Shown here in pieces: positions 38,440-52,990 of a DNA stretch of 64,000 nt. Origin of the DNA: Neocallimastix sp. 'constans' (taxonomy: Eukaryota); NCBI GenBank assembly GCA_050613775.1, contig JBODTK010000001.1, forward strand, positions 806,001-870,000, read 5' to 3'. The position numbers and the translations under genes are program-made. Under the pieces are notes generated by a model, which saw only the letters and a program-made list of their open reading frames with translations, did no database searches and had not been told where the DNA came from. Every line of letters begins with the position of its first letter. The stretch's first letter is position 1.

Positions 38440-39899
38440 TATTTTCTATTATTGGTTATTGGCTATTTATTATTTATTAATAAAATAAAGTTTTATAATT
38501 AAATAAACATTCTATAATGAAGAAATCTTCAAATAATAGTTAATATTATTATATTTATTATTAATAAAAAAATTCTCTCTTTTTTTTTTTTATTCCATTT
38601 ATAAAAAAAAAAGTAAAATAAAGTAAAAACAATGGCAATAATAAGAAAGTTAATTGGAACAGTTTAATCATTCTATGAATTGCCTTGCCTATTATTAAGA
38701 GGGATTTAATAAAATTAGTTTAATATAATTATTTATTATTTAGAAGTATTTTTATTTTTTATGCTAATTTCATATGCTTTATATGTATATAATTCTATTA
38801 ATTATTATATTTAAATAACTATTTTTAATAATCTACATTTATTTATATTTTCTAACTATTAATATTTATAATTATATTTAAATAACTTTTTTTAATAATC
38901 TATATTTATTACTATTTTCTGATAGTATTTAACCTAATTATATATAATTATATATCTACCTAAAGTTCATTCAATGGTTTCAACAGTACCACTAATTCAG
39001 TTTTTCTTAAAGTGTTTTGCCTACTAACTTCTTTTTTTATGATAATTATCGAATAATAATATATTATTCATATAAATTTAAATTAAAATGAATTTAAATA
39101 CCATAAAATATTAATTAATTTTAAACTATTTATTATTATTATATTGATATTATATTATTATAATTAAATTAATTTAATACAAAATAAAAATACTTATTTA
39201 AGTCAGTTTTTTTTATATATGTTACGATTAATTATTATGAATTATAATCAGTGTAATATATTACAATATACTTATTTAAGTCAGTTTTTTCCATATAAAT
39301 TATAATTAGTGTAATATATTATAATATATTTTAATATATATAATAATTTACACAATAAATTCAAATCTTCCAATTACATTTAAAATTTTAAAAAAAATGA
39401 ATATATCAAATAGATTTTTAATTAATATATTAAATAAAGGTTTTAAATAAATAAATAAGTAAATGAATACATAAATAAATAAATAATAATAATAATTAAC
39501 AATAATTATTTTATTATTTATTATTTATTATTTATTGACAATAATTTATAATAAATGATTAATAGTCAATAAAAAAAAAAAAAAAAAAAATCCTATATTA
39601 TGGTAAAGATTTCGTTATCCTTTTCAACTATATTATTACTAATTATAATCATTGTTGTTTTTATATATTAAATAACTTTTTATTAAATAATAGAGATTAA
39701 TGTAGATTAATATAGAATATCTAAATAAATAAAAATTTTAATAATTTTATGTTACTTAACAAGTATAAAATTATTATTTCATTTTATTTTTACACTATTT
39801 TTTTCTTATTTTTAATTTTATTTTATATTTACATTTATACTTTTAAAAAAAAACTTTTATTCATAAATATATATATTTATTTTTTAAATAAGTAGTTTA

Positions 39900-40445
39900 G
39901 ATGTAGATATTTAAATTAAAATACTAAAATAATATTGTAAATAAATAAAACACTAAAATAATATTGTAAATAAATTTTAGGTGAACATAAAGATATTTAA
40001 ATTAAAATACTAATATAATGTTGTAAATAAATTTTAAGTGAAAAGATAATTTTAAAATAATAATTTTTTTTTTTTTTTATTTTTTTAAAACATAAGAAAG
40101 AAAAGAATATTGAAATTTATATCATTTAATTTTATTTTAAATTTCTATTTCTATTTCTATTTATTTTTTTATTTTAAAATAATAATTTTTTTTTTTTATT
40201 TTTTTAAAACAAAAGAAAGAAAAGAATATTGAAATTTATATCTTTAATTTTATTTTAAATTTCTATTTATATTTATTTTTATTTTTTTTTTTTTTATTTT
40301 ATTTTATTTTATTTTATTTTATAGCAATTAAAACTTTTATTTATAGATATATACATTTTTTTATTTAAATAAATACTTTATAGTTTAAATGTGGATATTT
40401 AAATTAAAATACTAAAATAATATTGTAAATAAATTTTTTAGTGAA
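39900..40445. repeat. local dispersed and tandem duplications
   Basis: GATATTTAAATTAAAATACTAA..TGTAAATAAAT recurs at ~39906, ~39992 and ~40395. A ~120-bp unit recurs at ~40050 and ~40172. Confidence 0.7.
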
Positions 40446-40624
40446 AGGAAAAGAAAATTTTATAATATTTTTTTTTTTTTTAGTATTAAAAAAAAAATTA
40501 TAATAAAAATAAAAGAAAAAATAAATAAATAAAAATTATTTATTATATATTTCACATTTATGTATATTAAAGAATAGAATTATAAAAAAAATTATACTTA
40601 AAACTAATAATGGTGTTGTAATTG

Positions 40625-40659
<35 letters not shown>

Positions 40660-40906
40660 AATAATTTATATATTATAAAAAAAAAACGATAATTTATATA
40701 TTATAGTTTTTTTTTTTTTTTCTATAGTTTTTTTTTTTTTTTCTAAAATTTTATATAATATTTATTGTTATTTTCATTTCTTTATTTTCATCTCTATTAT
40801 CCTTTCTTTTTTTTCAATACTTTAATTATTTTGAAATAAAAAAAAAGGGGGTAAGAAAAGAAATGAAATCATAATAATAAAGTAGAAAAAAAAAAGTTTT
40901 TTTTTT

Positions 40907-42866
40907 CTATAAGCCATCACATCCATGATTAAATGGAACACAGGTTACATATTTACACCATTTACAAGTATTGGATTCTTGTTTATAGAAAGTAGAGAAT
41001 ACCCATATAAATATACCTATTAATATTGGTACAGATATGACTTTTAAAAATCTTTTTCTTCGAAGATCCCACTTACCAAAAATGATGGTAGGCATAAATA
41101 TTAAACCTGTAAATATACCAGTAATGAAACCACCCACATGGGCAAAATTATCAACAAATTTTAATAAACCGAAACCTAGTGAAAATATAATAATAAATGA
41201 CATTTTCATAAATTCTTTCCATGGATTAACAATTAATTTCCAATTTTGAATTAAATCAAGTAATAAACAAGCAAGTAATCCTATATATATGTATGTGTGT
41301 GAGTATATATAGTTATTAAGAGGATAATAATATTATTATTAATTATAAATTAATATTTATTAATATAGGATTAAATTAATAACAACAATTATAATTATAA
41401 TATTTTACCATATAGAGCACCAGAACATCCAACTGATGGAATATTATAAGTGACATCAGCACCAAATGCAAAACCAAATATACCACTAGCCATATATATA
41501 ACCATCATTCTAAAGGTTCCAAAATCTCTTTCCATTTGAATACCTGTTCGAATTTGAAAAACCAAATTTATGAAGATATGAATAATACCAGCATGTAAAA
41601 ATATTGGTGCAATGAAACGAATCCATTGATTTGGCTTAGCACCCTGTTCTATGCCACCCATACCACATAAATCACCTAAAGTACATAGATCTTCTGTAAT
41701 TGCCTTTCCAGTTTCTTTATTAACATAACCACCATTATTAATAATTGAACCTTTAACACCTAAGGGACATATTGTTATATTAAATATTTTAGCCCTATCC
41801 ATATCCATTTGTTTCATACATGGTACAAATCTAGCACCCATATGAATCAAAGTCTAAAAAATAAAATAAAATAAGGTTAAATATAATAATGAATAATAAA
41901 TAATAAATAATAATAATAATAGATAATAGATAATAACTAATAATTAATAATAATTTATTATAATAAATAATAAAATTTTACTTAAAAGAATAAATTTAAA
42001 CAATTATATATAATAATTTTAAAATCAAAAAAAAAAAAGACTTAAAAAATAAATTTACTTACACCTCTATTAGGACCAAACATGATATTATTACTGAGAC
42101 TATCGAAGAAATGTCCAACTTTTATAAAATTGACAATAAGAAGACCTATCATTAATAATATTTGAAGTACAGTTACAGAATACATAAAGTATGGTCTATG
42201 TTGTTTTAATTCTTCTAATTGTTTACGAACTTCAGGATCATATAATGCTTTTGGTACCTTTGATTTTCTACGATCATCTTTATTTGAATCAAAGTCTGAT
42301 TTTTTTCTTTGTTGTGGGGTTTCTTCTATATATTCCTCACCTCTAGCAGCGGCTTCTTCCATACGTCGACGTCTCTCTTCTTCCTTTTTCTTTTGTACTT
42401 CAAAATACGTCCGTTCAAGTTCTTGTTCATAAGCTGATAGTTGTGGTTTAGGACGTAATTCTACTTTATCACTACTTGTATCCGAGTCACCTTCCTCTAA
42501 CTGCCTTTGGGACTTAAATTTTGGATCATTCATTCTTTTTAATTTTTTATAAGTATCTGATCTTTGGAAGAAAGACTGACCGATAGGTTCACCATTAATA
42601 GGTTGACCATTTTCATCAAATTGAATATCATCGGCATTAAGCCATTTCCAAGCCCCTGTACCTGCACGCTTTACACCAGTACCAGCTCGTTTTAAACCAG
42701 TTCCTGCTCTCTTTAAACCACCTGTACCAGCTCTTTTTAATCCGGTACCAGCCCTTCTTAAACCAGTTCCTGCTCTTTTAATTTCTGTACCAGCCCTTCT
42801 TAATGCTAATAAAGTGTTGGAACGTTTTACATTTATATTTGTATTGGAACGTCCTAGATCTGCCAT
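40907..42866 (-). CDS. rhomboid-family intramembrane serine protease with long N-terminal cytoplasmic region
   Basis: Exons 42866-42063, 41853-41409, 41280-40907. Motifs QWIRFIAPIFLHAGIIH, catalytic GCSG, DNFAHVGG (His), C-terminal CKWCKYVTCVP. Confidence 0.93.
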
Positions 42867-44231
42867 TTTTCTTTTATAAAATAAATAAATTCTATAAATT
42901 TATAATTTTATTGATAATTTTAATTATTTATTTGAACCAGTACCAAATTTCAATTTACCTATTATTCAAATATACATATATATGCTTTATATTAGTTTAT
43001 ATACATATATACTTTTTCCATTTTTTATTTTTTTTTAAAAAAAAAAAAAAAAGCTTTTAATTTTTATTAAAACGCTATTAATAAACTAATAATTTAAGAT
43101 TCTAAATAAGTGAAAAAAAAAAAAAATCATTATAAAAATACAATAAAATAAAAATAATAAAATAATAATAATAATAATAATAAATAATGATTTACATTTA
43201 TAAAATATTTTTAACACACATTTTACTTACTTTATGATTTTATTATTTTTTTTTACTTTATTACTTGTCTAATATGATAAATCAGAATTATTCTTTTATT
43301 TTTTATGCCTTAATTTTATATTATTATATCTTTTTTTTTCTTTTTGACGTTAAATATTTTTTTTATTCTTAATTACTTTTTATATATTGTTACCATTATA
43401 TTTATTATTGATTTTATATTTACATTATTACTTCTTTTTTATTGTTCTATATAATTTTATTGATACTTCATAAATTGAAATAAAGAAAAACTAAAATATA
43501 AACAAATTATTAATTATATATACTAAAATATTAACATAAAAAAATTTTTTTAAAAAAAAAGTTTTCCATAAAATAATAATAATTTTTTTTTTTTTTTTTA
43601 TATTATTTTATTTAATTTATATTAAAAAATATATACATTAGTAATTCTGAACAATAAACAGTATATATAAATTTAAATATTAATAATTTTTAATATTAAT
43701 AATATAATTATTAATATTTAATATTTACATATATATTTAAACATAATTTTTTTTTTTTTTTTTACTAATTAATTATATTAGAGAGATAACTTTATGATTT
43801 ATGTTCATATATAAATATACTTTATGTATATAATTTTATACTCCATTTCAATATATTATCTAAATTTTTATATATTGTTATATTGGTTTTAATTTAGTAT
43901 TATTAGTTTTAAAATTAAAATAAAATTTTTTGTGCTACATTAAATATAAATTTAATAAGATTTAAAATTTTAATTTTCAATCATATAAAGATGATATATT
44001 AATTTGTGTATATTTATGTATTTTTTAATTTATATTTAATATGATTTAAAATAATGAAAAAAAAAAAAAAAAATTAAAATAAATATTAATTAAAGTACAT
44101 TCATGAATACTATTAATTATAAACTTTATTTACTAATAAATGGAAATTCCTTTTTTTTTTTTTTTTTTTAAAATAATGATTTTTAATTTCTAACATTTTT
44201 TTGTATTCCATGTAAATCTTTAAGTTGAAAG

Positions 44232-44427
44232 AAATGTTACTTAGCATATCATAATATAATCATTAAGAAAATGTGTCTTAGCATATCGTAAAATAATCAT
44301 TAAATAAATGTGTCTAGCATATCATAAAATAATAATTAAGTAAATGTGTCTTAGCATATTATAAAATAATCATTAAGTAAATGTGTCTTAGCATATTATA
44401 AAATAATCATTAAGTAAATATGTCTAA
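44232..44427. repeat. 37-bp tandem repeat, about 5 copies
   Basis: Unit AAATGTGTCTTAGCATATTATAAAATAATCATTAAGT with minor variants. Confidence 0.9.
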
Positions 44428-44444
44428 ATAATAAAAATTAATCT

Positions 44445-44487
44445 TTGAATAGTCAATATTCATTAAAAATGAATATTGACTATTCAA
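44445..44487. repeat. perfect 20-bp inverted repeat (hairpin, 3-nt loop)
   Basis: TTGAATAGTCAATATTCATT-AAA-AATGAATATTGACTATTCAA. Confidence 0.95.
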
Positions 44488-45768
44488 GAAAGAATTATTC
44501 ATTCTTATGATGGTAAAAATATATTATATATAATAAATAATAGATAATAAATAATAAATAATTAAATAACAAATAATAATAGAGAATAATTAATAATAAT
44601 TAATAATAAATAATTAAATAATAAATAATAATAGAGTATAATTAATTAATAATTAAATAATAAATAATAATAGAGTATAATTGATAATAATTAATTATAA
44701 ATAAGTTATAATAATAAATAATAATAAAGTATAATTAATAATGAAAAATTAATAATAAAATATTCAATTAATTTGTCTTGGATATTTTATTATGTATATA
44801 GTATTTTATCATTAATTGTAAAATAAAGTTATAAAAAATGTGGCTGACAAATCTGAATACAAAAAATATTAACCGTTTATTTTTTTTATTTTTAATTTTA
44901 TTTCTATAAAAGTAATAAAAATAATAAAATAAAAAGAAGAAAAAGAAGAAAAAAACGGTAATAATTTAAATAATTAAAAAAAAAAGTTAACATTAAACTG
45001 TAATGCTTACTTTTAAAATTATATGATAAAAATTATAAATATATTAAATTTAAATGTTTTTTATTTTTTATATACATAATTTCAAATTTAAAATAAATTT
45101 CTAATATAAAATTTTATTTATAATTCTATTTTGTACAATATTATTTTTTTTTTAATTTCATGTTTCATATATAATTAATATTTAATACGGTATAAATGAA
45201 TCATAATGAATCTAAAGCTGAACATGTTCATATAAGAGGTGTTTCTATTTTTTTTTAAATAAAAAAAAATTAAAAACTTTTAATTTAATAAAGATAAAAT
45301 TATTAACAAGAAGAATTAAGATATCCTTTAGTTATTATCCATTCAATCAACTTATACGCTGGCTTATGCTGTGTAACAATAATACATTATTATATTTTAT
45401 TAAAGGAAATTATTTGAGAGACTAATTGTTTCATAGATTATAACTGTTTTCCTTTTTATTTTAATTTTATTATATTTTATTTTATTTTATTCTATTTTTA
45501 TTAATGATTCAAATGTAAAATTTTGAGTATTAATTAAACAATGAAGAATTTGAATTTATTTATTATTATTTTTTTTTTTCATTCTCTGAATATAAAAAAA
45601 TAAATTCAATTTTTATATTTACTATCTTAATAGCAAAAAAAACTTCAATTATTAAATTTGTTCATATCCTTATTACTATAAAGTAAGAAAAAATTAATAC
45701 TTTATTTTGCAATTATTAAAAAAAATCCTAATATTGTATAAATATTTATTATTATTATTATTATTATA

Positions 45769-46040
45769 TTGAATAAAATAAAATAAAATAAATAGTAGAA
45801 TATTATATATAAAGTACAGATTGAATAAAATAAAATAAAATAAAATAAATAGTAGAATATTAAATATAAAGTACAGATTGAATAAAATAAAATAAAATAA
45901 ATAGTTGAAATATGAATATAAAGTACAGATTGAATAAAATAAAATAAAATAAAATAAAATAAAATAAAATAAAATAAAATAAATAGTTGAAATATGAATA
46001 TAAAGTACAGATTGAATAAAATAAAATAAAATAAAATAAA
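45769..46040. repeat. compound tandem repeat, 4-5 units of variable length
   Basis: Core TATAAAGTACAGATTGAA recurs 4 times, separated by a variable number of TAAAA units. Confidence 0.85.
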
Positions 46041-46687
46041 ATTGAAAATTTTAAAAAAAAAAAAAAAAAATAGTAATAAATAAATGAATAAATAAATATA
46101 AATAAATAAATATTATATAAGATTTTTAAAAAATTTTTTTTAATATAAAAGGAAATATAATGTTACACGGATATTTCATGGATTTATAATTTTTATAATA
46201 CCACATTTTATAAATAGTAAATATTAAATATTTATTAAAAAAAAAATTTTTAAAAAAATTTTAAATAAAAACATAAAAAAAAAAAAAAAATTAAATTAAA
46301 TAATAATAATTAATAATTTTAATATTTAATAAACTTTTAAACCTTAATTAAATTTTATAAGTTCCTATTTTTTTTTTTTTTTTTGAAGATCAATTAATAG
46401 AATCCATCCAAAAAATTAATATATGAAATTTGTATAGAAGAATTAATGATGAAAAAACAATTATTTTTTTATTATTTTTATTTTTATTATATTATAAAAT
46501 AAGCATTAATAAATGACATGTATATAATTATTACTATTATCATTTCTATTATTATTATTATTATTATTATAATTACTATTATATAATTATTATTATTATT
46601 ATAATTACTATTATATAATTATTATTATTATTATAATTACTATTATATAATTATTATTATTATTATAATTATTAATATTACTATTAC

Positions 46688-46718
<31 letters not shown>

Positions 46719-47079
46719 TAGTATGAATTGTATTTTTTTTAATCGTTATTAATTATAGAAATATAAATTAAATTCAAAATATTATAAGAAAAAAAACTTT
46801 TATTAAAATTTATATAATAATACTATCAGTAATTCTTATTTAATGGATGTTCGTAATGCAATAAACAGCTTACTATCCTATGACAAAAATAAATTTAATA
46901 GTATATTATTAAAATAATGAAATCATCTTTTGATGGAGTTTACTCTAGCATCTGTACTTTCATTTTAAATTCATTCATTTGTGTTCAAGTCTCTTAGAAA
47001 AAGGATGTAGACTAATATAATGGAAGGCATATATATAACATATATTCAACAATATGTTCTAGTATTTTTTTTACATCAT

Positions 47080-47113
<34 letters not shown>

Positions 47114-47729
47114 AAAAAAAAAGTTAAAAAACATATATATTAGTATATCACAAATAATATAAAAATATATGATGATGCTTATGTTAAAGGTTCAAAAAGT
47201 AAAGTAATAATATGAAATCTTAGGCATAAAAGATATTTACTAAACATACAATAACTAGTACATTTGGCTTATACCATGTAACAATAAAATAAATCCTAAA
47301 AGAAATATTGAAATATTGATAAATAAATTTTTTTTTTCTTTTAATAATTATTCTTTTTTTAAAAGTGGAAGATATTTATAATTATTATTCTTTTCGTGTA
47401 CCAAGTATTTGAAGATAATTAATACTACATCTCATAAAAATAACAAATAGTATTAATCATAATATGTATATATATACATATATATACATTAATTTTAATT
47501 TATAGTAAATAAAAAATTTTAATGATTGTAATTTAATAATATATTATAAATAAATAATTAGAAAAAGGGTGAATTTTATATATATATATATATATATACT
47601 TCAGTAGAATATAAAACTAAAAAAATACATTATATATATACAATGGCTGAACTGGGAAACATATTTTAGTTGGATAATTATTACTTTTTTTTTTATATAT
47701 ATAATTTTTTTTTTGCCAAATATAATTAA

Positions 47730-48066
47730 TAAATAAATAAATAAATAATAACTAATAAATAAATAATAAATAATAAATAATAAATAATAAATAATAAATA
47801 ATAATAAATAATAAATAATAATAAATAATAAATAATAAATAATAATAATTATAATAAATAATAAATAATAAATAATAAATAATGAATAATAACTAATAAC
47901 TAATAAATAATAATAAATAATAAATAATAAATAATAAATAATAAATAATAATAAATAATAAATAATAAATAATAAATAATAAATAATAAATAATAATAAA
48001 TAATAAATAATAAATAATAATAAATAATAAATAATAAATAATAAATAATAAATAATAAATAATAAA
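47730..48066. repeat. (AATAAAT)n-type satellite
   Basis: Read directly. Confidence 0.9.
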
Positions 48067-49921
48067 TTAAAAATAGTAGATAATAATAATACAATTTAAT
48101 ATTAAAAAATAATATTAAAAGCTATTCATATATATATGTTGACAATGTTCATGGCTATACTTTAAATGGAGATGATTGTTCATTTTGAATTAAATAATTG
48201 AATAAAAATAATAATTTATTAAAAAGATGAAGAGATATCTTATTAAATATTTTTATATATTAAATAAAATAAGTGTATATATATGTATTTAAGATATAAT
48301 GAACAATAAAATGTCAGCACTTCAAAAGTTAGTGGCTCTATTTAAATTATAATTATAAATATATATATATATTATCTTCTTTTTTATATATTACAAATAT
48401 TTAATATTGATACTTGTTTAATAAATTTGAATACTAAACATAGATGACTCTACAAGGTTTTATTTTATTGATAAAATTTTATTATTAAAATAACTATTAT
48501 ACAATTTTATTTACATTATCAATAAATATTATAATGTTGTAAAACACATTTATATTTTAATATATATTTTAAATTTCATAAAGTTTTATTATTATTATTT
48601 ATTTATATATATACATGTATTACATGTATAAATTTAGTTTTCTTTGTATTATATTAAATTTTTTTTTATTATTGAATTTTATTAATATTTTGTTTCTTTT
48701 CTTTTCGTTGAAAATTAAATCTATAAATTTTGTCATTATTATTTAGGAGATGTTTTTAGATAATGGATTTACTAATATGTAATATATATATCTCTATTAT
48801 TTACTATAATTTCTTGAATATATTTTCTATCAAATATCAATGGATTATATTGACTTTAAGAATTTTCATTATTAATTAGCTATTGCAATGAATACTTGAT
48901 TGTTTACTATAATTTTTATGCCTATTTTTTTTTTTTTTTTTTTTTTACACTTTGTGAAGATTCTTTAACTATATTATAAAAAGTTTAAAAAAATTTTGTC
49001 CTACAATATAATTTAATTTGATTAACAATTTTTTTATTTTTATTATTAATTTAAATTTTCAAAGTTTTCTATATATAGAAAAGAACACATTATCTAAGCA
49101 CTTTTGAGTATAAGAAGATTCTTTTTATTATTTCAAAATTTTCAATATGTTGAACACTTACCATATTATAGTATAAGAAAATTCTATAGAACACTTTTTT
49201 TTTTTATTTTTTAATTATATCTATTTATGATTTTTTTTTTTTTTTTTTTTCTATACGTTTTTGTTTTCTGTTCATTTTTAATTACTTATTTATCACTTCA
49301 AAATATATTCATAATATTTTATTGAATATCTATATTGTATATATATTATTCATATTTATATGAAATATATATATATAAATTATTTTTTAAAATAATAATA
49401 ATAATAATATGAATAAATATTTAAACATAAAAAAAAAAAAACTTGACTATGTAAATAAAAGAAAAAAAATTTTTTTTTTTAAAGCAAAAACTTTATAATT
49501 GTTGTATATAACATAAATTTATTATTTTTGAAATTTTGAAATTTTGAAATAAATAAATAGAAATATAAAAAAAATAATAAAATAAGACTATAAAAGATAT
49601 TTCTTAGTTTATTTTCGTTGATGTAATCTCTCTAACATTAAAAAAAATAATAATAATAATAATAATAAAATTTTTTCTATACAATATATATATATATATA
49701 TGTTTAAATTAGTTTTTATGGTATCTCAATTAGCTTTTACTTATATTAATTGATACTTTTTTTTTTGGTGCTTATAACTTAAATTATATATCTACTTATT
49801 TATTTTACAAAAGTATTTAAATTCAAAAATTTTCCTCTTTTTTCATAATTATTTGAGTTTTATTATCTTTTTTTTTTTTTTTTTTTTGATTTTATTATAT
49901 GTTGTTAAATTGTTTCTAAAT

Positions 49922-50054
49922 ATGATAGCAAAATCTTACATTAATAATAATATAAATTTAACAATAAAAGAAACAACATTTGCTAATGAATTTATTCAAT
50001 TAGCAAAAGAAAATATAAATAAACCTCTTTTAGTATTTTATAATCAAAATAGTA

Positions 50055-50091
<37 letters not shown>

Positions 50092-52990
50092 GGAACCTAT
50101 TAGATTAAATTTTGGTGAAACTTTAGCTCTTGTAAATAAAATAGCAACTGGATTGTTTAAAACGATTGGATTAAAAAGAGGAGATGTTGTCGGTTTTTAT
50201 TTACCAAATTGTTTACCTTATATTTTAATTGAAGGAGCGGTCGAAGCAACTGGATTAATCCTATTTCAGTTAAACCCAACTTATCAAAGTGATCAGTTAG
50301 CAAGACTTCTAAATAAAGGTAAGCCTTCACTTATTGTCACGACCACCCCATTACTCTCGAATATTAGAAATTTTAATAAGGAAATTAAAGTACTTTTGGT
50401 CGACGTTCCATCTCATGATATTGATCATCATAATTACTCTTTCCATAAAATCAGAGATACTGAAATAGATATGGGATTACTTAATTATGTTAGAAAACAA
50501 ATCCAACCGAATGATCTAATGTATTATGGTTGCACTTCTGGAAGTACAGGGGATCCAAAAATTTGTACCTATACCAACAAACAATTTGTGGCTAACATGT
50601 TAGAAATTAAGTATTCGTTTCCAACCGTTCCTCAATTAGAAAAAATAATTTTAACCTTTGTACCTTTTTTCACTACTACTGGTCATATTTTAATTGGAAC
50701 AATGTTTATTCAAGGATTTAAACATATTTATACCAACAAATTTAATCCAGAAAAATTATTTGAAATGATTGAAAAAGAAAAAGTCAATAATATATCATGT
50801 GCTCCATCTGCTATTTTAGCACTAATCAACCATCCCAGTCGAGGAAAATATGATCTTTCCAGCTTAAAAGAAGCCTTAATTGGTGGTAGTGTGGCTTCTA
50901 ATAAATTTCTAGAAGAAATAAAATCTATATTTAATTTAGAATATATTTCAAGTGCCTATGGAATGACAGAAGGTTGTAGTGTAATATATAATATACCATC
51001 AAAATCTACTGGAATACCTACAGGTCCAGCTAAACATTTTGAAGTAAGAGTAGTGGATAGAGAAACGAGAGAAGTCGTTGATGTCGGATTTCCAGGAGAA
51101 TTGGAATATAGAAGTGAAATCATGATGAAGGAATACCTTGATAATCAGGAAGCTAATACCCAAGCTTTTACTGAGGATCGATGGTTTAAATCTGGAGATG
51201 AAGCTGTCATGGAGGCCGATGGATTTTTAAAAATTACTGGAAGAATTAAAGAAATGATCATCAGAGGTGGCCATAATATTTGGCCAAATGAAATTATTGA
51301 TATTATGAATCAACATCCAAAGATTCAAGAAACTGCAGTCATTGGTATACCTGATAAATTCCAAGGAGAATCTGTAGTTGCTTTCATTATTATTAAGCCA
51401 GGTTGCCAATTTAATAATTTAGAGAAAGAACTACGTGAATATTCAAAAGATAAGCTAGTTCCATATTCCATTCCAACCTATTACTTTGACCTTCCAGTAT
51501 TCCCAAGAAATTCAGCAGGAAAAGTATATCTTCCAAAATTAAAAGAAATGGTAGATGATCTCATCGAAAAAAGATTTAAAAAAATAGAAGAAATGAACAC
51601 CGATAAACCGATAACCGAGCAAGGTAAAGAATTGGCAAAATTGTGGAGTCGGTGGTTTGATGTTCCGGTGAATACTATTTCTAGATCTTCCAATTTTTTT
51701 GAGATGGGAGGGGACTCCTTAGTTGGTGTTCAAACGGCTGCTCTCATCAAGAAATATATTGAAAATATTCCGTTCAACTTCCTTAATACCCATCAAACTC
51801 TGGGACAAATCGAAGATTTCATTTCGAATCCAGAAAAATCTACAAAGATTGATGATCAATTAATTAAAGATTTCCAAAGAGTTAAATCTACTCCTGCTAA
51901 AGAAATTTTTGGTGAAATAAACACCACAAAGAATAAAAAGAACAGAAGGAGTGTTGCAGTCACTGGAGCTACTGGCTATCTCGGCGTTTATGTGGTGAAT
52001 GAGTTAAGTAAGAAGAGTGAAATTAATAAAATTTATTGCATTGGAAGAAGTTCTAATTTAAGTGAATTAAAGTCTAAGATGCAATCCATGATGCGAAAAG
52101 TCAACATTCGCATGAGCGATAAGATTGAATTTGTTATTGGAGATGTCACCAAAACGAATTGTGGTATTAATTCCAACACTCTTGAAAAAATAAAAATGGA
52201 ATGTAATGTCATCATTCATTGTGCCGCCATTGTCAATTGGAATATGACTCATGAACAGTTAAAGGATGCCAACGTTAAAGGAGTAATTAATGCTATGAAA
52301 ATTGCTGGTCAATCCATGAGTTTTGTCTATATTTCTTCATTTGGTGCCGCTTTGAAAAAAAATGAAACGCTAAGTGATAAAATACCAAATGAATCCTTTG
52401 GATATATTCAAACTAAATGGTTATCGGAACATTATGTTAGACGAGGAAAAGAAATTGGAATTAAATCTACCATTATTAGACCATGTTATATTATTGCTGA
52501 TAGTAAAACAGGAGTCTGTAATACCAATGATTTCTTTTATAAATTTATGAGACAATGTGTAAAGTATAGGATGGCCCCATCTGGTGTATTACTTAATTTA
52601 ACTCCAGTTGATAAAGTAGCCATAGGAATTGTGAATTATATGTACTCCCATAAAATCATTAATCTTATTCCAGCCAAGCAAACCTCCACTGATGATTTAT
52701 TTAAAATTTATAATAATATCTATCGTCAATCCATTCAATTATTAAATAAAGAGGAGTGGCTTCAACAATTCTTAAAAAAAACTCAAAATGATATTGAAGC
52801 ATTATCCATTGTTCCATCCTTAGTTGTTCTTCATGAAAATTACGAATTCACTAGTGACTTTTTAAATGGTAAAAATGATTTTCTTAATTTTGAAAAAAAG
52901 GATATTAATGTTAATTTCATTAAGCTTCAAAATTGCGGCTACTTTACTAATGGTACTTGTAAGAATTTATTTGAAAGATCTATCTGTTAA
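49922..52990 (+). CDS. NRPS-like A-T-R protein (carboxylic acid reductase-like), intronless
   Basis: Single ORF; first ATG at 49922 (the track start at 49853 is TTG). A domain: CTSGSTGDPK, AYGMTE, WFKSGD, GRIKEMIIRGGHNIWP, PRNSAGKV. Carrier domain: FFEMGGDSL (Ser 51716-51718). Reductase domain: VTGATGYLG, IIHCAA, GYIQTKW (YxxxK), IIRP. Confidence 0.93.

Noticed and set aside
44232..44427. CRISPR-like array
   Set aside because: The 37-bp units are head-to-tail with no unique spacers, the context is eukaryotic and there are no cas genes.
46840..48930. Scattered coding-like fragments, possibly a decayed membrane-protein gene
   Set aside because: I could not assemble a frame or recognise a motif with confidence.
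51227..52252. Antisense ORFs inside the A-T-R gene (also those opposite CFAP70, clpP, VMA11, rhomboid and PK)
   Set aside because: Shadow ORFs of real genes on the other strand.
49922..52990. Assignment as Lys2 alpha-aminoadipate reductase, or as part of a biosynthetic gene cluster
   Set aside because: It lacks the Lys2 N-terminal domain and motif style, and no tailoring or transport genes are nearby.
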